Under the pieces are notes generated by a model. The model saw only the letters and a program-made list of their open reading frames with translations, searched no databases and was not told the origin of the DNA. A stretch of DNA of 64,000 nucleotides from Deltaproteobacteria bacterium (lineage in GTDB: Bacteria > Desulfobacterota > GWC2-55-46). The position numbers were made by a program, and so were the translations under genes. How positions within the stretch are numbered: position 1 is the stretch's first letter; the number at the start of each line of letters is the position of its first letter. This document shows positions 57,235 through 64,000 of the stretch, piece after piece. Location: the NCBI GenBank assembly GCA_019912665.1, contig JAIOIE010000021.1, positions 135,679-199,678 of the forward strand, read 5' to 3'.

Positions 57235-57669
57235 TCAGTGGCGGACTATGTCGACCAGCTTGACCTCGAAGTTCAGGTCCTTTCCGGCAAGAGGATGGTT
57301 CGCGTCAAGGTATATTTTCTCGTTCGTGAGCTTCACGACCTTCACGATGGTCGAGCTGCCGTCGTCCTGGGTTATCTGGAGCTGCATGCCCTCCTCAGGG
57401 TCGATATACGGGGGTATCTGGTTCCTGTCGACTTCGAGAATGAGCTCGTCCATGTACGGCCCGTAGGCCTCATGCGACTGTATGTGCAGCTGCTTGGTAT
57501 CTCCGGGGTTCATGCCCACGATGGCCTGCTCGAAAGCGGGTATGAGCATGCCCTCCCCGATCACGAACTGAAGCGGGTCCCTGCCATCGGACGAATCAAA
57601 CCTTGTGCCGTCCTCGAGAGTGCCGGTGTAGTGGACCTTTACGATGTCGCCTTGCTTTGCCTGTGCCAT
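57235..57669 (-). CDS. slyD: FKBP-type peptidyl-prolyl cis-trans isomerase (SlyD-like, with an IF insert).
   Basis: Start placed at MAQAKQGDIVKVHYTGTLEDGTRFDSS... (ATG at 57669, SD GGGAGGGG). 144 aa with the FKBP fold and an inserted flap. Confidence 0.85.
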   Translation of the reverse strand: MAQAKQGDIVKVHYTGTLEDGTRFDSSDGRDPLQFVIGEGMLIPAFEQAIVGMNPGDTKQLHIQSHEAYGPYMDELILEVDRNQIPPYIDPEEGMQLQITQDDGSSTIVKVVKLTNEKIYLDANHPLAGKDLNFEVKLVDIVRH

Positions 57670-57923
57670 CTTCCCCTCCCGAAGCTTCTTTTTTATATAC
57701 AAGGAGCGCGCAATAACCCTGCCTGGCACGGCCGTTCAGGCTATAAGCGTATCCTTCCATGCTCCTCGGCCTTTACGCTTCCATACTTGACTCTAACCAC
57801 CGGCCTAAGCACTGTCAAGGGCCTTTGGTCCGGTTTCAGCGTAAATTCAAGGCCATAGGGTCACAAGCCTACCAGATGAAAGACCGTGATTCAACCAAAA
57901 ACAGAAAAAAAACGGCAGCGACT

Positions 57924-59435
57924 CTAAAAGCCCCGGCTTACCCTCGTCCAGAGGACCCCGTTACCGCAGTTATCCTTCTCAAGCCCCGCTCCGATTGAAA
58001 AAATGAGGTCTTCGCCCAAAATCGTCAGGTCCGCCCCGTACCATTCACGCATATTCCGGTCCCCGTGTATATTCAGGCGCTCGAAATCGGCCTCAAGGCC
58101 GACGATGCCGCCTGCCATGTGATAACGCGCCCGGAAGAAAAGGTCTTTCGAGTCCCCTCCCATATGATGGCCTATTACCCTGCCCCGGTAAGTGTAGCCG
58201 CTCGTGTAAACGCCGTGCGAATACCAGAGCGGCCCGTATCTTTCGCTGAGGCCGGTATTCGCGTACTCGGCCCTCAGGTCAAGCCCATCGATACGGAGCG
58301 GCCCGTCAAGAAGGAGCCCGTACATGAGCGCCCGGCCGGACGGGGTCCTGCTTCCCGACGAGTCCTCCGCGCCCAGCTCTCCGTAAAGCCTCACGCCTGA
58401 GAAAGGGATGAACTGGTTACCTTCGTTCACATATACGAAAGACGCGTCGATAGAGACGATCTGGTTTCCGTTTACGGGCGAATCCGAGTGCTCGGCGCTG
58501 TCTTTCGCGGTCAATACGTCCAGCCAGTCCCCGCCTGAAAGGGACTGCCTCCCCTTACCCCCGAACATGAAAACACGGCTTAGGCCTACCTGGAATGATG
58601 AGGAGGGCTTTATATCGAGCCTCATGCCGAGGAACTTCGCGTTTGGATAGTCCCTCTCCTTCTCAAGCCGGGCCAGAAAGAGAGTCGGCCTTAAAAGCCC
58701 GAGCCTCTTGAATTTCCAGGGTAGAAGAAAGGGGTGCGTCGAAGTCGCCTTGACCATGTCAAAGGCCCTTGCGTTGTTCGTCATGAGGAGGCTTCCGTGG
58801 AAGCCCGGGCCCCACCACATGTGGTCGCGCCCCGCGAGCATCTCGACCCCATGAAATCTCAACATCAGATAGCCCTCTTCGAGCTTCGTATCAGAGCTAT
58901 CCCTGCTGTATTCAGGGTTAAGGTGGAGAAGAAGATCTTCCCGGACGGCTGCGCTCGCCCTTATTCCGGCCATCATGTTCAGGCCGCCATTCAAATCCCT
59001 TCCGCTCCCGTTTACTGAAGGAAAAACCGGCTCCTTGTCCGAATAAAGCGCGTGGAAATAGGCCTCTTCCAGAGGCCTTATCTCGGCTCCTGCATGACTG
59101 CCCTGCAAATCGAACCGGAACTCTCTTTCAAGCCGTCTTACTGTCAACAGGGCGCTTCGGCCCAATCCGGGCCGCCTCTTAAGTTCCTCCGTAGCTTCCT
59201 CCAAAAGGCGCGCCGCTTCAAGCCTGCCGAAAGGGCGCGTAGAGAGTAACGCCGACCGGATAAGTCCTTTAACTTCAAGGAGTTCGAAATCCTCGTACAA
59301 CCGGCTCTCGACCGGTATATTGACCGGCGGCGCGGCAATGCACTCAGCCGCTGCAAGGGCCGCGATAGCCGCCATGATCAAAATGACTGTGGGTTTTAAA
59401 CCCCGGTTCCGGGGCTTTGGGAATGCATTTTTCAA
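57924..59435 (-). CDS. wzi: Wzi-family outer-membrane capsule/polysaccharide assembly protein.
   Basis: 503 aa with a signal peptide. The N-terminal helical motif (RLYEDFELLEVKGLIRSALLSTRPF) is typical of Wzi; the remainder is predicted beta-barrel. Confidence 0.65.
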   Translation of the reverse strand: MKNAFPKPRNRGLKPTVILIMAAIAALAAAECIAAPPVNIPVESRLYEDFELLEVKGLIRSALLSTRPFGRLEAARLLEEATEELKRRPGLGRSALLTVRRLEREFRFDLQGSHAGAEIRPLEEAYFHALYSDKEPVFPSVNGSGRDLNGGLNMMAGIRASAAVREDLLLHLNPEYSRDSSDTKLEEGYLMLRFHGVEMLAGRDHMWWGPGFHGSLLMTNNARAFDMVKATSTHPFLLPWKFKRLGLLRPTLFLARLEKERDYPNAKFLGMRLDIKPSSSFQVGLSRVFMFGGKGRQSLSGGDWLDVLTAKDSAEHSDSPVNGNQIVSIDASFVYVNEGNQFIPFSGVRLYGELGAEDSSGSRTPSGRALMYGLLLDGPLRIDGLDLRAEYANTGLSERYGPLWYSHGVYTSGYTYRGRVIGHHMGGDSKDLFFRARYHMAGGIVGLEADFERLNIHGDRNMREWYGADLTILGEDLIFSIGAGLEKDNCGNGVLWTRVSRGF

Positions 59436-60364
59436 GATTTGTCCGCGGCAGGCTTTCCGGAAGCGCGCTTGGACCTGAATTCGAGTAAGAAAGCGGCGGC
59501 GACCCCGGCCGCAAGGGAGAGCAGGAACCCTGTCTGCACTATCCTCCGCCTGTCTGGCGAGCTCTTCATGTCAGGCACCCTGGGCGGATCCACAACCTTA
59601 AAAGCGAAGCTCTCCTTCATCTCGGACATCATGGCCGTCTCCATCTGCTGGGCGATGAGGTTATATATCTTCTGCCTGATTATGGGGTCCTGGCTATTGC
59701 CGAGCTTCGCTTCAAGGTATGCCTTGTTCGCCAGGGCGACCCTCTTTGCCTCGGCGCTCATGTGGTCGGTCAGGGCTCCGACAAGGTGCTCTGCAATGTC
59801 CGCAGCAATACGCGGGTCGGTGTGCGTAGCAGAGAGGGTGATGGTATTGTCCTTGAGATCGCTCTTCACTTCGAGCATGGAATCGAGCGCCCTCAGCCCG
59901 TCCCAGGTTGTCGGCCCGCCATCGACGCCCTTCCCGCCCCGATCCCCGGTGAAAAGCCTTTGAAGGAGCCCGCGCTCCTCCAGGACGCGGGCGCGAAGGA
60001 GGTTCGACTTCAAGAGGCTCGTTATCTCGGCTGACGAGGCCGAGGCAGGGAGCGTTATGCCGGGTATGGAGCCGAACCGCTGAGTTATGGCGGAAACGCC
60101 AGCGCCCTGCTCGGCGCTCCTGCCGGCCGGCATTATGACGGCCCTCGACTCGTACATGTCGGGGATAGTGAAGGAGTAGACGAGAACCCCTATGGTCATG
60201 CCCGCCGACACCAGCAGGACGGCAAGCCTTCTTTTCCAGACGACCGCCCAATAATCGGCAAGGTCCAGCTCCCTTTCGCGCGCGTATCTCCCGGCCCGCA
60301 TCCTAAACCACCCTCCCCTGCAATGTAAGCTCCTCAAGGCCCGCATCGGCCGTATGCTCGACAT
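59432..60364 (-). CDS. Wzz/PCP-type polysaccharide chain-length determinant protein.
   Basis: 310 aa. N-terminal Wzz-like segment with a TM (DLADYWAVVWKRRLAVLLVSAGMTIGVLVY), a periplasmic helical region and a C-terminal TM (FLLSLAAGVAAAFLLEF). Confidence 0.65.
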   Translation of the reverse strand: MSSIRPMRALRSLHCRGGWFRMRAGRYARERELDLADYWAVVWKRRLAVLLVSAGMTIGVLVYSFTIPDMYESRAVIMPAGRSAEQGAGVSAITQRFGSIPGITLPASASSAEITSLLKSNLLRARVLEERGLLQRLFTGDRGGKGVDGGPTTWDGLRALDSMLEVKSDLKDNTITLSATHTDPRIAADIAEHLVGALTDHMSAEAKRVALANKAYLEAKLGNSQDPIIRQKIYNLIAQQMETAMMSEMKESFAFKVVDPPRVPDMKSSPDRRRIVQTGFLLSLAAGVAAAFLLEFRSKRASGKPAADKS

Positions 60365-62243
60365 ATTTTCTGAGTAGGCCTTTAAGCTCCTTGCCGCGGC
60401 CCGCCCCGCTCAAATGCGGCTCGAACTCCCCAAGTATCAGCTCTATCTCATGGAGGGAGTAGGAACCCGTGTTCCTCGATATGAGTATCTTTCTGTGGGC
60501 GCTCACCTTGAGGACCTCCTCATCCGTGAAGACCTCCTCATAGAGCTTCTCGCCCGCCCTGAGTCCCGTAAATTCTATGCCTATGTCCTTGTACGGCTCG
60601 AACCCGTTTATCCTTATGAGCTCTTCGGCGAGGTCCGCTATCCTTACAGGCTCACCCATGTCCAGAACCAGCACCTCGCCTCCCTTGCCGATGACCGCGG
60701 CCTGGAGGACGAGAGAGACCGCCTCGGATATGGTCATGAAATACCTTTTTATCTCCCTGTGGGTGACTGTAAGAGGGCCGCCGGATTTGAGCTGCTCCAT
60801 GAATATGGGCAGCACGCTACCCCGGCTCCCGAGCACGTTCCCGAACCTCACGGATATGAATGCGGTCCTCCCGGCGCCGAACGCGGCGCATATGTTCTCT
60901 GCCATCCTTTTGGTCGCGCCCATCACGCTTGAGGGCATCACCGCCTTGTCGCTCGATATCATTATGAACTTCCTGACCCCGCTCCTTGCGGCGGAAGCGG
61001 CCAGGACATGGGTGCCGAACATATTTACCCTTACCGCCTCCTCGGGGTTGTGCTCCATCATCGGGACGTGCTTGTAGGCGGCCGCGTGGAAGACTATCTC
61101 GGGCGCATAATTGCTGAAAACGCCCCTGACCCTCTCGGAGTTCCCGATGTCGCCCACGACGAAGACGAACCTGCCGCCCGCGCCGCCCTTCCCGCTAAAG
61201 TGCTGCGGGTAGGCCTTCTTGAGCCTGAGCTCCATCCTGTGTAGCTCGGTTTCGTCTATGTCGAAGAGCACTAGCCTCTCGGGCTGGAACGCGGCAACCT
61301 GCATGACGATTTCGGAGCCTATCGAGCCCCCGGCCCCTGTTACGAGCACTACCTTTTTTTTCAGGAACGCGCCGATGCTGTCGTTATCCACTTCGACCGC
61401 CTGCCTTCCAAGGAGGTCCTCTATTTTTATCTCCTCCAGGCCCTTGAGGCCCGGCCTCTCCTGGCGGAAGTCGTGTATCCGGGGTGCTAGCTTTATGGAC
61501 TCGACGAGGTCCTTGGCCGTCTCGTATATGGTTTTGAGCTCTTTTCCGCTCATGGAGGGGACCGCCACTATCACCTGCTCTATCTTTTTAGCCGTAATGA
61601 CTTCCTCAAGGTCTTCCGGCGCGCCGATGACCCTCACTCCGTGTATGGAGCTCCCGAGCTTGCTCCTGTCCCTGTCGATAAAGCCCACGGGAGCCCACCC
61701 CATTGTTTTCTGCCTGATTATGTCCCGGAGGATCATCTCGCCGGTGTCGCCCGCGCCGACGATAAGGGTCCTTTTTCCGTTTTTTCTGTTCCTTTTCCTC
61801 CGGAGCGCGTCGATGGTTATCCTCTTCGAGACCCTGAGGCATGAAAGGAACAATATGGAAAGCGCGGCGTCGATAGGAAAAACGCCCCTGGGCAAAGCTA
61901 CTTGAAAACCGCTGAAAGCTGGGGTGAAGAAGTGGATAATCCAGAAAAGCAAAGCCTCCGAGAGTACGGCCGCGCCAATAATCCTCATGAAATCCTCTAT
62001 GCCCGCGTACCTCCATGTCATACTGTAAATCCTGAAGAAACCGAGGAGAAGTAACTTCAAAAATATGAAGAGCGGTAGTGTACGCATGAATGCCGCATTG
62101 TGCTCAGGCCCCATCGCAAGATCCATCCGGAGCTGGAAGGCGAGCAGCAGCGCCGCGGAAAGCGCGAGGGCGTCCGTAATTAGAAAAAAAGCCACCCGTT
62201 TGGCCGGGGTCGGCTTGATTAGTTTTTTAATGGTTCTATTCAC
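60303..62243 (-). CDS. Membrane-anchored polysaccharide biosynthesis protein of the CapD/WbpM/PglF family (UDP-sugar 4,6-dehydratase).
   Basis: N-terminal polytopic membrane domain, then a Rossmann fold (VLVTGAGGSIGSEI) and an SDR-extended dehydratase core. Start placed at the GTG at 62243, which overlaps the stop of the upstream GT4 gene; the track ORF's first 66 aa look non-coding. Confidence 0.8.
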   Translation of the reverse strand: MNRTIKKLIKPTPAKRVAFFLITDALALSAALLLAFQLRMDLAMGPEHNAAFMRTLPLFIFLKLLLLGFFRIYSMTWRYAGIEDFMRIIGAAVLSEALLFWIIHFFTPAFSGFQVALPRGVFPIDAALSILFLSCLRVSKRITIDALRRKRNRKNGKRTLIVGAGDTGEMILRDIIRQKTMGWAPVGFIDRDRSKLGSSIHGVRVIGAPEDLEEVITAKKIEQVIVAVPSMSGKELKTIYETAKDLVESIKLAPRIHDFRQERPGLKGLEEIKIEDLLGRQAVEVDNDSIGAFLKKKVVLVTGAGGSIGSEIVMQVAAFQPERLVLFDIDETELHRMELRLKKAYPQHFSGKGGAGGRFVFVVGDIGNSERVRGVFSNYAPEIVFHAAAYKHVPMMEHNPEEAVRVNMFGTHVLAASAARSGVRKFIMISSDKAVMPSSVMGATKRMAENICAAFGAGRTAFISVRFGNVLGSRGSVLPIFMEQLKSGGPLTVTHREIKRYFMTISEAVSLVLQAAVIGKGGEVLVLDMGEPVRIADLAEELIRINGFEPYKDIGIEFTGLRAGEKLYEEVFTDEEVLKVSAHRKILISRNTGSYSLHEIELILGEFEPHLSGAGRGKELKGLLRKYVEHTADAGLEELTLQGRVV

Positions 62244-63238
62244 ATTCCGCCTTCGGTCTGGCCCAGGACTCCGCCCCTCGGAGCGGCGGATTTTATCAAC
62301 CGGTACGCCGCCGCGAAAATAAATGAAAACACGATGAGCGCGCCCGGGAGGAGAAATCGGCCCGCGCTCATTGTAAAGGCGAGCAGGGCCAGGGCGCCGA
62401 TCAGGAACTGTACTGATGCGTAACCAAAAGAGACCTTCCAATGGGGGATGCCGAGCTCGTTCGCAAGGTACTGATAAAGATGACCCCTGTGCGCCCTGAA
62501 GATGTCCTCGCCCCTGGCCGCCCGCATGGCAACGGTCGTCAAGGCATCCGCGTAGAAGGTTACTAGGAATGCGGCAATACAGATAAAGGCCAGGGGCCCT
62601 GAAGCCATCTTGAGCGCGAGAGAGGCGAAAAGAAACCCCAGAAAGACGCTCCCGACGTCTCCCATGAAGACCCTGGCCCGGGGCGCGTTGAACGGAAGAA
62701 ATCCCATGCAGGCGAGCGCCGCTACAAGGCTAAGCGACAGGAACTCCGGGCTGAACAAAAAGGCGAAGGCCGAGAGGAGGCCGAAGGCGACGAGCCCGGA
62801 AGACCCGGCCATCCCATTTACCCCATCCATGAAGTTGTAGAAGTTGGCGGTGCCCGCTATGAAGACGGTCCACAAAAGGATTATCGAGACGTCTTTCACT
62901 GAACCGGACAAGCCCAGGGTGGACGCAGCCAGAAGGAAGGCGAGCCCAAGCTGCGCTACGAGCCTGAACTTTGCCGGTATTCCGAAGAGGTCTTCGAGGA
63001 ATCCTAAAAGGCCGATGGATACGAGGATCAGCGCAAAGGCGTAATCTCCTGAAAGAAAGGCCATTGCGCTCGCTGCCGCCACTATGCCCAGCCCCCCTCC
63101 CCTCGGAGTCGGCACGGAATGGGAGCTCCGTTCGTTGGGCCTGTCCGTGAGGCCGAGGCCGTTTCCAAACCTCTGTATCGCGATGGGCCCGGCTGCCCCG
63201 GCGATCAGGCCGGTTATCGCCATGAGAATTGTATTCAA
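62240..63238 (-). CDS. Glycosyltransferase family 4 polyprenol-phosphate HexNAc-1-phosphate transferase (WecA/WbpL-like).
   Basis: 332 aa MraY-like polytopic protein (FNFMDGVNGMAGS..., FMGDVGSVFLGFLF). Confidence 0.85.
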   Translation of the reverse strand: MNTILMAITGLIAGAAGPIAIQRFGNGLGLTDRPNERSSHSVPTPRGGGLGIVAAASAMAFLSGDYAFALILVSIGLLGFLEDLFGIPAKFRLVAQLGLAFLLAASTLGLSGSVKDVSIILLWTVFIAGTANFYNFMDGVNGMAGSSGLVAFGLLSAFAFLFSPEFLSLSLVAALACMGFLPFNAPRARVFMGDVGSVFLGFLFASLALKMASGPLAFICIAAFLVTFYADALTTVAMRAARGEDIFRAHRGHLYQYLANELGIPHWKVSFGYASVQFLIGALALLAFTMSAGRFLLPGALIVFSFIFAAAYRLIKSAAPRGGVLGQTEGGM

Positions 63239-63242
63239 CCGT

Positions 63243-64000
63243 TTAGGCTCTCCCCGCCCTCTCCCATGTCATTTTTTGCCTGCCTGAGACGGCCTTTACG
63301 AACCCGATAAACAGCGCGAGGTTCAGGTTGCAGAAATAAAATGGCGCGTGGAATAGAAAGGGGAGCTTCCCCTGCCCCCTGCCCAGAAATCCCAGAAGTG
63401 CCGCCGCGTAGAATACGGACTGCGCCGCGAAGGCGAGCCTGTAGACCTCTTTTTCAAGGAGCATCGCGTTAAGAACGAAAACGGCGGGCAATATGAACGG
63501 CGCGCCCCACCTGAAGACCCGGTGCGACCAGAATATAAAGGCGTGGAGCCCCAGGAAAGGGTTAAGAAGGCGCGAGAGATGCCATACCGCGATATAATGG
63601 CCTGCCCCGTCCCTCACATGCCGCCTGAACTCGCCCCGCACGCTCGCTGCCACGTCCTCGTAGACAAGGGCCCTCTCCTCGTAGACGCTTCTTCTACCCC
63701 GGGCCGCCACCATTGTCGGGATTACGAAGTCGTCGTTTACCGTGCCTTCCGGGGGCGTCTCGAATAATTCCTTTCTTATCGCGTAGGCGGCTCCGTTAGC
63801 GCCTGAGACGCACCCTAACCTGCTCTCGAACTTTTTAAGCCACGTCTCATAGCGCCAGTAGAAGCTCTCCCCTTTTCCGCTCACTATGCCTCCGGGATTC
63901 CTGTAGACGAGCCTCCCGGAGACGCACCCGACGCGCCTGTCTCCAAACGCCCCGGCAATGAGCCGGAGCGCGCTTTTTTCACATTCGGTATTCGCGTCCG
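63243..64000 (-). CDS. Family-2 glycosyltransferase, C-terminal part; the 5' end is beyond the window.
   Basis: The frame is open to the window edge (…DANTECEKSALRLIAGAFGDRRVGCVSGRLVYRNPGG…). The C-terminal half carries GT2-like motifs followed by TM helices. Confidence 0.55.
   Translation of the reverse strand, partial: DANTECEKSALRLIAGAFGDRRVGCVSGRLVYRNPGGIVSGKGESFYWRYETWLKKFESRLGCVSGANGAAYAIRKELFETPPEGTVNDDFVIPTMVAARGRRSVYEERALVYEDVAASVRGEFRRHVRDGAGHYIAVWHLSRLLNPFLGLHAFIFWSHRVFRWGAPFILPAVFVLNAMLLEKEVYRLAFAAQSVFYAAALLGFLGRGQGKLPFLFHAPFYFCNLNLALFIGFVKAVSGRQKMTWERAGRA

Overview
This 64 kb window comes from a GC-rich (roughly 60% GC) bacterial chromosome with Gram-negative features (lipoboxes, Wzi, mraZ-led dcw cluster). 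No rRNA genes or CRISPR arrays were seen.

The first ~31 kb is one long co-directional minus-strand block: secD (5' part, running off the window start), yajC, tgt, queA, a SpoIID/LytB-like gene, a small membrane protein, two c-type cytochromes, RNase G, two paralogous B12-binding radical-SAM genes (the first fused to DUF2344), then a complete canonical dcw cluster (ftsZ, ftsA, ftsQ, ddl, murB, murC, murG, ftsW, murD, mraY, murF, murE, ftsI, ftsL, rsmH, mraZ). Three phased GTGGT MraZ-box repeats sit in the dcw promoter.

The second half is mixed: a TPR lipoprotein; a HAMP class-III nucleotidyl cyclase; RNase P RNA (rnpB, minus strand); an RNase H; a zinc-ribbon coiled-coil protein; one tRNA with anticodon CAU; a REC-PilZ regulator; glyS with no adjacent glyQ; a DUF3365/cytochrome c' pair; a PfkB kinase, YjbQ and Dtd; a DUF62 SAM-hydrolase-family gene; a DUF1540 Cys-repeat protein; an HD-GYP protein; and a DUF2249-Nfu fusion.

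The most unusual locus is a radical-SAM/SPASM gene followed, on the same strand, by a 63-aa Cys-rich peptide gene and a YHS-domain gene. I read this as a candidate peptide/protein-modification (RiPP-like) system.

After it come a beta-CASP RNase; a REP-flanked, frameshifted RAYT (Y1 HuH transposase) pseudogene next to a ~1.1 kb low-GC foreign lipoprotein gene; a ybgA - class II photolyase - Ku - LigD repair island; a SlyD-like FKBP; and the start of a polysaccharide export/biosynthesis cluster (Wzi, Wzz-like, PglF/WbpM-like, WecA-like, partial GT2).

A ~75-130 bp intergenic element carrying a perfect 15-bp palindrome occurs three times in the window.
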